A DNA stretch of 30,949 bases from Clostridia bacterium. GTDB taxonomy: Bacteria > Bacillota > Clostridia > Christensenellales > QALW01. The stretch spans positions 1 through 30,949 of the forward strand of contig JAZOMK010000134.1 in the NCBI GenBank assembly GCA_045653985.1, in the 5' to 3' direction. The position numbers and the translations under genes are program-made. Positions 8,551 through 17,141 of the stretch are shown here, in pieces; position 1 is the first letter of the stretch; every line of letters begins with the position of its first letter. Under the pieces are notes generated by a model. The model was not told where the DNA came from and searched no databases. It saw nothing but the letters and a program-made list of their open reading frames with translations.

Positions 8551-9363
8551 CTATGTCTTTTGATGTTTCTTTCTGTATTGTGCAGGCGTCATTCCGGCTT
8601 CTTTTTTAAAAAAGGTGCTGAAATAGTAAACGGTTGCAAAACCCGTTGCTTCGGCAACCTGCTCGATAGAAGTATCGGGTTGTGAAATTAAAATCGTTTT
8701 TGCGTTTTCAAGGCGCAGGGACGAAATGTATTGATGTGGCGGTATGCCGAATAATTGTTTAAATAACCTGCGTAAATGTACTTCACTTACCGAAAGCATA
8801 GCTGCAAGTGCACTTACATTGAATTGTACTGATGAAATATTTTTATTGATGCAATCGTTGATTTTTTCAAGAAAAGTTGAGTAATGCAACGTAGACAAAT
8901 AATCCCTGAACAAAAAGTGCAATAAATCATAAAATTGACTTTTTGTTTTTAGACGATATCCTATAAAGGCATCTTTTTGCGTGCGATGTATTTTTTTGAA
9001 TTTTTCAAATACAAGGGCAGGGTCTGAAGGCGTCATTACATAAGGCAATGAAATATCCAGTGCGTTTTTACCATTGGGCATCGTAAAGTCAATGGCATAA
9101 AATTCAACCTTTTCGTTGGATAATTTCTTGCCTGAATATGGTAATCCGGTAGGCAATATCAATACTTGATTTGGGTGAACTTCTATGGTTTTGCCATCAA
9201 TAAAATATGCTGTATCACCTGAAACAAAGAAAATAGCACCGTTTACTTCACGGGGGGCGGTAAAGTTTCTTAACCAGTTATATCCCGAAAAGTGAAAAGT
9301 GTTGGATATTTTTACAACATCAATATCGTTTTCTATAAATTTGTTAAAATTAATTTCACTCAT
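8551..9363 (-). CDS. AraC/XylS family transcriptional regulator, 270 aa (start moved to ATG 9363)
   Basis: C-terminal 'SVSEVHLRRLFKQLFGIPPHQYISSLRLENAK.IL....SIEQVAEATGF..VYYFSTFFKKEAGMTPAQYRK'; N-terminal cupin-like region; RBS AAGGAG and a consensus promoter lie downstream of the ORF-track TTG start. Confidence 0.93.
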   Translation of the reverse strand: MSEINFNKFIENDIDVVKISNTFHFSGYNWLRNFTAPREVNGAIFFVSGDTAYFIDGKTIEVHPNQVLILPTGLPYSGKKLSNEKVEFYAIDFTMPNGKNALDISLPYVMTPSDPALVFEKFKKIHRTQKDAFIGYRLKTKSQFYDLLHFLFRDYLSTLHYSTFLEKINDCINKNISSVQFNVSALAAMLSVSEVHLRRLFKQLFGIPPHQYISSLRLENAKTILISQPDTSIEQVAEATGFATVYYFSTFFKKEAGMTPAQYRKKHQKT

Positions 9364-9391
9364 ACTTGTTGATAATCTCCTTATATTTCCA

Positions 9392-9420
9392 ATTATATTG
9401 TGGGATTTTTGTGTTGTCAA
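9392..9420 (-). promoter_or_regulatory. Consensus SigA promoter of the araC-MBL-MBL-DUF4038 operon
   Basis: Minus strand TTGACA (9415-9420), 17-bp spacer, TATAAT (9392-9397). Confidence 0.85.
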
Positions 9421-9461
9421 TGCTATGTTCGGTTTTTGTAAAAAAATGATAGTTTTTTATA

Positions 9462-9490
9462 TTGTTGAAAAATTGCATTTTTGCTATCAT
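9462..9490 (+). promoter_or_regulatory. Possible activator-dependent promoter for the CBM-like protein operon
   Basis: TTGTTG (9462-9467), 17 bp, TGc-TATCAT (extended -10); weak -35, divergent from araC. Confidence 0.4.
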
Positions 9491-9523
9491 TAAAATGAAG
9501 AAATTTTAAGGAGTGGTTTTTCT

Positions 9524-12500
9524 ATGAAAAAATTGATTTCCATTGCTCTTGCATTGGCAATGACTCTCAGCAGCATTGCGTTTATTGGTGCATCAGCGGC
9601 AACAGAAGTACCCGAAGGATACGTATGGAGTAAAAACCTTGTTCCGTCAGAATATTCTGATTTTGACAGCCTTCAGGTTGGTACAGACCCAATCGCAACA
9701 TCAAACAACCTTATGATATATGGTGGCAGCACAAACGTAAACGTTGTTTATGATGCACAAAAAGGTAGCAACGTTCTTAATTGGACGGGTAATGCTAACT
9801 ACATTGCTCCTAGATGGAACATTGGCGGACTTTTAAAGGATGTTGCACAGGACAGAGGCTTATCTTCACTTACGGTAAAGGTTTCCGTTGATATTAAGTT
9901 GAATAACTCGGTAGATAAAACTGCAGTTGGTTCAGTAAGCAACGTTGGCGATTTTGTTTTGAATGGCGCAAACGGAGTTACCGGAATAATGCTTCAGGAA
10001 AACTTTGGTAATAAAACCGGAACATGGTATACCGTTACGGGTGAATTTACTTTAAGCGAAGCAGATATTCAGTCAATCAATATGGCTGATAATAAATATA
10101 ACTACGGTTTGGCTTTTAGCGGATTCTTTACAGGCGTGCCTTACGGTCATATTGATAACGTAACCGTTCAGGTGCTTGTCCCTGCAGGATATGATTGGAG
10201 CGACAATATTGTTCCTGCAGAGTATTCGAATTTTGATTCTCTTGCAGTTGGCACAGACCCTATTGCAACATCAAATAACTTTATGATATATGGCGGCAGC
10301 ACAAACGTAAACGTTGTTTATGATGCACAGAAAGAAAGTAATGTTCTTAATTGGACAGGTAGCGCTAACTACACTGCACCCAGATGGAACATTGGCGGTA
10401 TTTTAAAAGATTTTGCAGAAGAAAAAGGCTTAACAACTCTTAAAGTAAAAGTATCTATGGATATTAAAATGAACAGCACAGCGGCACCTGATGCAACAAA
10501 TACCGTTGGTAACGTTGGTGATTTTGTTTTAAATGGTGCAAATGGTGTTAGCGGAATAATGCTTCAGGAGAACTTTGGTAATGCAATGGGCACCTGGTTT
10601 ACCGTTACAGGTGAATTTACTTTAACTGAAGCTGATATCCAATCAATAGATATGACAGATAACAGTAAAAACTATGGTATAACCTTTAAAGGTTGGGTTA
10701 CAGGTGTACCTTACGGGCACATTGATAACGTAGTAGTTAAGGTATACGCGCCTGTTGAATTAATACCCACCCCCGAAGCTACAGTAGAACCTACAGAAGA
10801 ACCCACACCTACAGCAACAGCTACACCTACGCCCGAACCAACACCTACGCCCGAACCAACACCTTTTAATGGCTTGGTAAACGGAAATGCTGAAAACGGT
10901 ACTGAAAACTGGGGCATAATGGCAGGTAATAACGGTAGTGTAGAACAAGTTTCAGGTGGTGCAAAGGATACAGAACATTCAATTAAGTTCACACCCGGCG
11001 ACAGATTCGCCTGGGGACAGATGGGTTCAATTGCATATGACCTTACACCTCAGATAAACGCTGAAGGCGCAGGCACATATAAGCTTTCATTCTACATTAA
11101 AGCAGAAGAAGGCAAGGGTGGCTTGTTTAACGTTGGTGTTGGCTCAATGTATTGGCAGACCGGCGTTGGTGCCAAGTATGACCCCAATGACCAGACCAAA
11201 TTAACTGATGTTCCAACAGCATATGTTCTTCAACTTGTTGAAATCACAGACCAGTGGCTCAAGATTAACGTTGAGTTCGAAATAACAGAAGAATATTTGG
11301 CACAGATTGCACTTGTACACGCAGTTCGTCCTAATCAGGCAAAATTATTCTTCCGTCTTGATGGCAGCGTTGGTGCTTATAAAACAGCAGGCACAGAATT
11401 CTCATATTTTGTTGATGAAGTTGTTTTAAGCAAGAAAGAAGCAGTTCCCGTAAAGGAACTTACAAATACTGATGCTGAAAATGGTATTGAAAATTGGGGT
11501 ATAATGTACGGCCAGAACGGTTCTGTTGAACAAGTTTCAGGCGGTGCAAAGGATACAGAACATTCAATTAAGTTCACACCCGGTGAAAGATTCGCGTGGG
11601 GACAGATGGGCTCCATCGCATATGACCTTTCACCTGCAATTATTGTTGATGAAGAAAATGGTTATTTCGGTAATGGCGCAGGTAATTATGAACTTTCCTT
11701 CTATATTAAAGCAGAAGAAGGCAAGGGTGGCTTATTTAACGTTGGCGTTGGCTCAATGTATTGGCAGGTAAATGCAGGCGCAACTTATGAAGGAACAAAC
11801 AAAACAACAGTTCCAACAGCTTACTTTATTAAGCTTGTTGAAATTGATGACCAGTGGCAAAAGGTTACTGTAAGATTTGAAATTACCGATGAATATCTTG
11901 AACAGATTGCGCTTGTTCATGCGGCAAGACCTAACCAGGCAAAATTGTTCTTCCGTCTTGATGGCAGTGTTGGTGCTTATGAAACGGCAGGTAGTGAATT
12001 CAGCTATTTTGTTGACGAAGTATCAATCAAGTATATGAACGGTGTTATTGCAGGTGCGAACGTTGATGTTGGAAGCACACTTACCGTAAATTATTATGCT
12101 AAACTTACAGCAGACTATACTTCAGCACAGATGGTGTTCACACGCAATGATAAGTCCATAACAGTTGATGGTGTTCTTGAAGATGGTATGTATAAGTTTG
12201 CTTATACGGGAATCAACCCACAGTGTATGAATGATAATATTTCGGCACAGCTTATCCTTGGTGATGAAGTTCTTGACGTAATGGAAAATTACAGCGTAAA
12301 GAAATATTGTGATAATCAGGCATCAAAAACATTCTCTGAAATAGGCATTTCCGAAGAAAAGTATGAAGCACTTAAAGCCTTTATGGCAAATATGCTTATT
12401 TACGGTGCAGAAGCACAGAAGCATATGGACTATAATACTGACAATCTTGTAACTGCAAATAGTGCTTGGATTGAAGAAGCAAAAACTTCATATGAAATTC

Positions 12501-12868
12501 CCGTTGCAGATATAAACATTGAGGGCAATACTGATGTAAGCAATAAGGTATATTCAGTAACACTTACTCTTTCAAACGTAAATCAGGTTACATTTAAGTT
12601 GGTTATAACTGACGAGGTTGAAGTTTATCTTAACGGCGAAGAAGCAGAGGTTGTTGACGGTTTTGTAAGGTCAAAGGCAATCAAAGCAGCCGATTTTGAT
12701 GAAGCACAGGTTTTAACTATCAAAAAAGATGGCGGAGTAATAAGTCAGGTAGAATATGCCGTAAACGACTATATTGCCAATAAGTATAACAGTGCAACAG
12801 TTGGTGAAATCGTATGTGCACTTAACAATTACGGAAAAGCTGCTGTAAACTATAAAGCTGCACAATAA
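9524..12868 (+). CDS. Secreted multi-module protein, 1114 aa: signal peptide, 2 type-A CBM4/9-like modules, PT linker, 2 type-B CBM4/9/22-like modules, C-terminal unrecognised duplicated domain; no catalytic domain recognised
   Basis: Signal peptide MKKLISIALALAMTLSSIAFIGASA; repeats 'NLVP.EYS.FDSL.VG' x2 and 'NG(N/D)AENG.ENWGIM.G.NGSVEQV...[13 protein letters not shown]' x2; C-terminus aligns by eye with the N-terminal domain of 3625-6936. Confidence 0.75.
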   Translation: MKKLISIALALAMTLSSIAFIGASAATEVPEGYVWSKNLVPSEYSDFDSLQVGTDPIATSNNLMIYGGSTNVNVVYDAQKGSNVLNWTGNANYIAPRWNIGGLLKDVAQDRGLSSLTVKVSVDIKLNNSVDKTAVGSVSNVGDFVLNGANGVTGIMLQENFGNKTGTWYTVTGEFTLSEADIQSINMADNKYNYGLAFSGFFTGVPYGHIDNVTVQVLVPAGYDWSDNIVPAEYSNFDSLAVGTDPIATSNNFMIYGGSTNVNVVYDAQKESNVLNWTGSANYTAPRWNIGGILKDFAEEKGLTTLKVKVSMDIKMNSTAAPDATNTVGNVGDFVLNGANGVSGIMLQENFGNAMGTWFTVTGEFTLTEADIQSIDMTDNSKNYGITFKGWVTGVPYGHIDNVVVKVYAPVELIPTPEATVEPTEEPTPTATATPTPEPTPTPEPTPFNGLVNGNAENGTENWGIMAGNNGSVEQVSGGAKDTEHSIKFTPGDRFAWGQMGSIAYDLTPQINAEGAGTYKLSFYIKAEEGKGGLFNVGVGSMYWQTGVGAKYDPNDQTKLTDVPTAYVLQLVEITDQWLKINVEFEITEEYLAQIALVHAVRPNQAKLFFRLDGSVGAYKTAGTEFSYFVDEVVLSKKEAVPVKELTNTDAENGIENWGIMYGQNGSVEQVSGGAKDTEHSIKFTPGERFAWGQMGSIAYDLSPAIIVDEENGYFGNGAGNYELSFYIKAEEGKGGLFNVGVGSMYWQVNAGATYEGTNKTTVPTAYFIKLVEIDDQWQKVTVRFEITDEYLEQIALVHAARPNQAKLFFRLDGSVGAYETAGSEFSYFVDEVSIKYMNGVIAGANVDVGSTLTVNYYAKLTADYTSAQMVFTRNDKSITVDGVLEDGMYKFAYTGINPQCMNDNISAQLILGDEVLDVMENYSVKKYCDNQASKTFSEIGISEEKYEALKAFMANMLIYGAEAQKHMDYNTDNLVTANSAWIEEAKTSYEIPVADINIEGNTDVSNKVYSVTLTLSNVNQVTFKLVITDEVEVYLNGEEAEVVDGFVRSKAIKAADFDEAQVLTIKKDGGVISQVEYAVNDYIANKYNSATVGEIVCALNNYGKAAVNYKAAQ
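10766..10864 (+). repeat. Pro/Thr/Glu-rich linker (in-frame)
   Basis: PTPEATVEPTEEPTPTATATPTPEPTPTPEPTP. Confidence 0.9.
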
Positions 12869-12879
12869 GGAGAATTTTT

Positions 12880-12996
12880 ATGAAAAAAGATTATTCGACA
12901 CCTGAAGTTGATATCATATCACTTTATAATAACGACGTTTTTACGGATAGTGCCAGCGATGGTAATATAGACCTGGGCGATGAGGATATTTTATAA
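12880..12996 (+). CDS. Unannotated 38-aa small protein MKKDYSTPEVDIISLYNNDVFTDSASDGNIDLGDEDIL (YxxP-leader-type acidic peptide)
   Basis: Strong RBS AAGGAG overlapping the TAA of the upstream gene, 7 nt before ATG 12880; stop TAA 12994-12996; MKKxYxxPxV...DVxTxS pattern recalled from small peptides of Clostridia/Bacteroidota; below the ORF-track size cutoff. Confidence 0.8.
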   Translation: MKKDYSTPEVDIISLYNNDVFTDSASDGNIDLGDEDIL

Positions 12997-13064
12997 TGGC
13001 TGTTTATACGCCAAATCTTTGATTTGACTTCAAATTTTCAGTTGAAATAAGGCTTTTACCTATT

Positions 13065-13093
13065 TTGACATCAACATAGGCATTATAAATAAT
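13065..13093 (+). promoter_or_regulatory. Putative SigA promoter for the second CBM-like protein
   Basis: TTGACA (13065-13070), 17 bp, AATAAT (13088-13093). Confidence 0.5.
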
Positions 13094-13096
13094 TTT

Positions 13097-13129
13097 ATTG
13101 AAACAGTGCCTGAAAAGCACTGTTTCAAT
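13097..13129. promoter_or_regulatory. Perfect 13-bp inverted repeat (operator or 5' stem-loop)
   Basis: ATTGAAACAGTGC-ctgaaaa-GCACTGTTTCAAT; no U-tract follows on the + strand. Confidence 0.55.
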
Positions 13130-13183
13130 GCCCAATAAAAGATTTTAAGAATTAAAAACATTATTATGAATGGGGAGTTTTTT

Positions 13184-16100
13184 ATGAAAAAATTACTTTC
13201 TTTCGTACTTGCATCGATAATAGTTATTAGCAGTATTGCTGTTATCAATGCAACAAATGCACCTGACGGATACGAGTGGAGTGAAAATCTGCTTTCAGCA
13301 GAATATTCTAACTTTGATAATCTTCAGGTAGGCACGGACCCTATTGCAAATTCAAATAATTTGATGATTTATGGTTCAAGTACCGACGTAAACGTTGTGT
13401 ATGATGAACAAAAAGGAAGTAACGTTCTTAATTGGACGGGGAGTGCAAATTATCATGCTCCAAGATGGAACGTAGGCGGTCTTTTAAAAGCTTTTGCAGA
13501 ACAAAACAATTTAAAAACTCTTACCGTAAAAATTTCAGCTGATATCAAGTTAAATAATACAGTTGATAAAACTGCAACAAATACGGTAGGTAACGTAGGT
13601 GATTTTGTTCTTAATGGCGTAAACAGTCAGAGCATAATGCTTCAGGAAAACTTCGGCAATAAAATGGGCACGTGGTTTACGGTTTCCGGCGAGGTAACCT
13701 TAACTGAAGCAGATATCCAAGCTATTGATATGGCTGATAACAAGAAAAATTGCGGTATCACTTTTAGCGGTTTTGTTACGGGTAAGCCTTACGGACATAT
13801 TGATAACGTAACCGTTCAGGTGCTTGTGCCTGAAAAGGTTGAAGTTAAGCAGATGACTAACGGAAACGCTGAAAACGGCACTGAAAATTGGGGCATAATG
13901 TATGGGCAGAATGGCTCCGTTGCTCAAGTTTCAGGCGGTGCAAACGATACGGCACATTCAATTAAGTTTACACCCGGTGAAAGATTCTCATGGGGACAAA
14001 TGGGCTCCGTTGCTTATGACCTTTCACCTGCAATTATTGTTGATGAACAAAACGGATATGCAGGTAGTGGCGCTGGTAATTATGAGCTTTCGTTCTATAT
14101 CAAAGCGGAGGAAGGCAAAAGCGGAACTTTCAGTCTCGGCTTTGGCTCAATGTATTGGCAGACTGCTGCCGGTGCAAAGTATGATTCCAATGACGCAACA
14201 AAGGTAACCACAGTACCTACGGCACAGAAAATAAAGGATATTGCAATTACAGACCAATGGCAGAAGATTACGGTTCAGTTTGAGGTAACGGAAGCATTCC
14301 TCGAACAAATTGCACTTGTGCATGCGGTAAGACCTAATCAGGCAAAGCTCTTCTTCCGTATTGACGGTAGTGGTGGTGCGTATAAAACAGCAGGAAGCGA
14401 ATTCAGCTATTTCGTTGACGAAGTTGTTTTTTCTAAAAAAACAGCAACACCTGTTGTAACAGCAACACCAACAGCAACGCCAACACCGACAGTTACACCC
14501 GTTGAAACGGCAACACCAACAGCGACGCCAACAGTAACACCTGTTGTAACAGCGACGCCAACAGAAACTCCTGTTGTAACAGCAACGCCAACTCCTACCC
14601 CTACCCCAACAATAATACCAACACCTTTTGCCGGTCTTAAAAATACCGATGCAGAAAGCGGCACTGAAAATTGGGGCATAATGTATGGTCAGAATGGCTC
14701 TGTTGAACAAGTTGCAGATGGTGCAAATGGAAGTGCACATTCAATTAAGTTTACACCCGGTGAGAGATTCTCTTGGGGACAGATGGGTTCAATAGCCTAT
14801 GACATTACACCATATATTAACGAAAAAGGTGCAGGCGAGTATCAGCTTTCATTTTACGTTAAGGCTGAAACAGGCAAAGGAGGAACTTTCAGTCTCGGCT
14901 TTGGCTCAATGTATTGGCAACTTGCATCAGGTGCAAAATATGATTCCAATGATACAACAAAGGTAACAACAGTACCTACTGCACAGAAAATAAAGGATAT
15001 TGCAATTACAGACCAATGGCAGAAGATTACGGTTCAGTTTGAGGTAACGGAAGCATTCCTCGAGCAGATTGCACTTGTACACGCAGTAAGACCCAATCAG
15101 GCAAAATTGTTCTTCCGTATGGATGGAAGCAGTGCGGCGTATAAAACAGCAGGAAGTGAATTCAGCTATTTTGTTGATGAAGTAGTTCTTCTTGCAGGCA
15201 GTGAAATTCCAACACCCACACCCGTGCCAACCCCAACACCTTTTGCAGGCCTTAAAAACGGCAACGCGGAAAGCGGTACTGAAAACTGGGGCATAATGTA
15301 TGGCAATAACGGAACTATAGCACAGGTTTCAGGCGGTGCTAACAATACGGCACACTCAATTAAGTTTACACCCGGTGAGAGATTTTCATGGGGACAGATG
15401 GGCTCAATAGCCTATGACCTTACACCATATATTAACGAAAAAGGTGCTAATAAATATCAGCTTTCATTCTATATTAAGGCAGAGGATGGTAAAGAAGGTA
15501 ACTTTAATCTTGGTATCGGCTCAATGTATTGGCAGACCGGTGTCGGTGCAAAATATGATTCCAATGATACAACAAAGGTAACGACAGTACCGACAGCCTA
15601 CGTGCTTGAGGGAATTTCAATAAACGATGAATGGAAAAAAGTTGTTGTTGAATTTGAATTAACAGAAGAATATTTAGAGCAGGTTGCATTGGTGCATGCA
15701 GTAAGACCCAATCAGGCAAAGCTTTTCTTCCGTCTTGACGGAAATAACGGAGCATACAAAAAGGCAGAAAATGAATTCAGCTATTTTGTTGATGAAGTAG
15801 TTCTTCTTGCAGGTAGTGAAATTCCAACACCCACACCCGTGCCAACCCCAACACCATTTGCAGGCCTTAAAAACGGCAATGCAGAAAGCGGCACTGAAAA
15901 TTGGGGCATAATGTATGGTCAGAATGGCTCTATTGAACAAGTTGCAGGCGGTGTAAACAAAACCGCACATTCAATTAAGTTTACACCGGGCGAAAGATTC
16001 TCGTGGGGACAGATGGGTTCTGTTGCTTATGATATTACACCTTACGTAAACGAGATGGGTGCAGGCAAGTATCAGCTTTCATTCTATATTAAGGCTGAGT

Positions 16101-17137
16101 CAGGTAAGTCAGGTGCTTTTAGTCTTGGCGTAGGCTCAATGTATTGGCAGAATGCTGCCGGTGCAAAGTATGACCCCAATGATGCAACAAAGGTAACGAC
16201 AGTGCCTACTGCGTTTAAGCTAAAAGATATTAATGTAACTGACAAATGGCAACAGATAACTGTTGAGTTTGAATTGACAAAAGAGTATCTTGAACAGATT
16301 GCACTTGTGCACGCAGTAAGACCTAATCAGGCAAAAATTTTCTTCCGCCTTGACGGTAGTAATGGTGCATATAAAAAAGCAGGTAGTGAGTTCAGCTATT
16401 TTGTTGATGAGGTAGTTGTTCTTGCAGGAAAAGATATTCCCACACCAACACCTTTCGCTGGTCTAAAAAACGGCAATGCAGAAAGTGGCACTAAAAACTG
16501 GAGCGTAATGTATGGTCAGAACGGTTCAATAAAGCAAGTTAAGGATGGTGCCAACGGAACAAAGCACTCAATCAAATTTACACCGGGTGCAAGGTTTGAT
16601 TGGGGACAGATGGGCTCCATCGCATATGACATTACTCCTTATATAAATGCCAAAGGAGCAGGCGTATATAAACTGTCCTTCTACATAAAAGCTGAAGAAG
16701 GCAAAGGTGGAAAATTCAGTTTGGGTGTAGGCTCAATGTATTGGCAGACGAAAGAGGGGGCACAATATGACCCCAACAATAAAGCATTGAAAACTACGTT
16801 GCCTACCGCATATAAGATAACAGATATTGAAGTTACTGATGAGTGGCAGTTAGTTGAAGTTGAGTTCAGAATTACAAAAGATTATTTGAAGCAAATAGCT
16901 CTTGTACATGCGGCACGTCCTAACCAGGCACAAATCTTCTTCCGTCTTGACGGCAGCAGTGGAGCATATAAAGCAAAGGGCAGTGAATTCAGCTATTTTG
17001 TCGATGAGGTTGTTTTGAAAATTGACGGCAAGGATAAACCTACCGACAGCGGTGATAAATTGCCTTTAATTACGGTATGTGTTTTAGCGGCATCTGTAAT
17101 TTCAGTATGTATAATTAAAAAGAGAAAGGAAGACTAA
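13184..17137 (+). CDS. Cell-wall-anchored tandem CBM-like protein, 1317 aa: signal peptide, 1 type-A and 5 type-B modules, PT linkers, sortase-like C-terminal sorting signal (start moved to ATG 13184)
   Basis: RBS GGGGAG before [23 protein letters not shown]; five copies of 'N..AE.GT.NW..MYG.NG...QV..G' and 'ALVHA.RPNQA..FFR.DG'; C-terminus KPTDSGD + hydrophobic stretch + KKRKED. Confidence 0.78.
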   Translation: MKKLLSFVLASIIVISSIAVINATNAPDGYEWSENLLSAEYSNFDNLQVGTDPIANSNNLMIYGSSTDVNVVYDEQKGSNVLNWTGSANYHAPRWNVGGLLKAFAEQNNLKTLTVKISADIKLNNTVDKTATNTVGNVGDFVLNGVNSQSIMLQENFGNKMGTWFTVSGEVTLTEADIQAIDMADNKKNCGITFSGFVTGKPYGHIDNVTVQVLVPEKVEVKQMTNGNAENGTENWGIMYGQNGSVAQVSGGANDTAHSIKFTPGERFSWGQMGSVAYDLSPAIIVDEQNGYAGSGAGNYELSFYIKAEEGKSGTFSLGFGSMYWQTAAGAKYDSNDATKVTTVPTAQKIKDIAITDQWQKITVQFEVTEAFLEQIALVHAVRPNQAKLFFRIDGSGGAYKTAGSEFSYFVDEVVFSKKTATPVVTATPTATPTPTVTPVETATPTATPTVTPVVTATPTETPVVTATPTPTPTPTIIPTPFAGLKNTDAESGTENWGIMYGQNGSVEQVADGANGSAHSIKFTPGERFSWGQMGSIAYDITPYINEKGAGEYQLSFYVKAETGKGGTFSLGFGSMYWQLASGAKYDSNDTTKVTTVPTAQKIKDIAITDQWQKITVQFEVTEAFLEQIALVHAVRPNQAKLFFRMDGSSAAYKTAGSEFSYFVDEVVLLAGSEIPTPTPVPTPTPFAGLKNGNAESGTENWGIMYGNNGTIAQVSGGANNTAHSIKFTPGERFSWGQMGSIAYDLTPYINEKGANKYQLSFYIKAEDGKEGNFNLGIGSMYWQTGVGAKYDSNDTTKVTTVPTAYVLEGISINDEWKKVVVEFELTEEYLEQVALVHAVRPNQAKLFFRLDGNNGAYKKAENEFSYFVDEVVLLAGSEIPTPTPVPTPTPFAGLKNGNAESGTENWGIMYGQNGSIEQVAGGVNKTAHSIKFTPGERFSWGQMGSVAYDITPYVNEMGAGKYQLSFYIKAESGKSGAFSLGVGSMYWQNAAGAKYDPNDATKVTTVPTAFKLKDINVTDKWQQITVEFELTKEYLEQIALVHAVRPNQAKIFFRLDGSNGAYKKAGSEFSYFVDEVVVLAGKDIPTPTPFAGLKNGNAESGTKNWSVMYGQNGSIKQVKDGANGTKHSIKFTPGARFDWGQMGSIAYDITPYINAKGAGVYKLSFYIKAEEGKGGKFSLGVGSMYWQTKEGAQYDPNNKALKTTLPTAYKITDIEVTDEWQLVEVEFRITKDYLKQIALVHAARPNQAQIFFRLDGSSGAYKAKGSEFSYFVDEVVLKIDGKDKPTDSGDKLPLITVCVLAASVISVCIIKKRKED
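14222..15063 (+). repeat. 83-bp perfect direct repeat (14222-14304 and 14981-15063) between type-B modules 1 and 2
   Basis: gcacagaaaataaaggatattgcaattacagaccaatggcagaagattacggttcagtttgaggtaacggaagcattcctcga occurs twice. Confidence 0.85.
14441..14626 (+). repeat. Long Thr/Pro/Val/Ala-rich linker (in-frame)
   Basis: [62 protein letters not shown]. Confidence 0.9.
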
Positions 17138-17141
17138 TAAA

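Noticed and set aside
9364-9420. Longer araC start (TTG at 9420)
   Set aside because: That TTG is part of the -35 box of a consensus promoter; the RBS supports ATG 9363.
12880-12996. Lasso peptide gene cluster (YxxP leader, Thr at -2, possible core S1...D8)
   Set aside because: No asparagine-synthetase-like cyclase, B1 RRE or B2 protease gene is in the window. The peptide is kept as a finding but not as a lasso cluster.
13850-17030. CRISPR array or diversity-generating retroelement suggested by the DNA repeats
   Set aside because: The repeats are in-frame ~600-750 bp protein modules. The differences I checked are synonymous third-position changes, not adenine-specific. There is no spacer structure, cas gene or reverse transcriptase.
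9524-17137. Cellulosomal scaffoldin or S-layer protein
   Set aside because: No dockerin Ca-binding duplications, cohesin or SLH motifs are visible.
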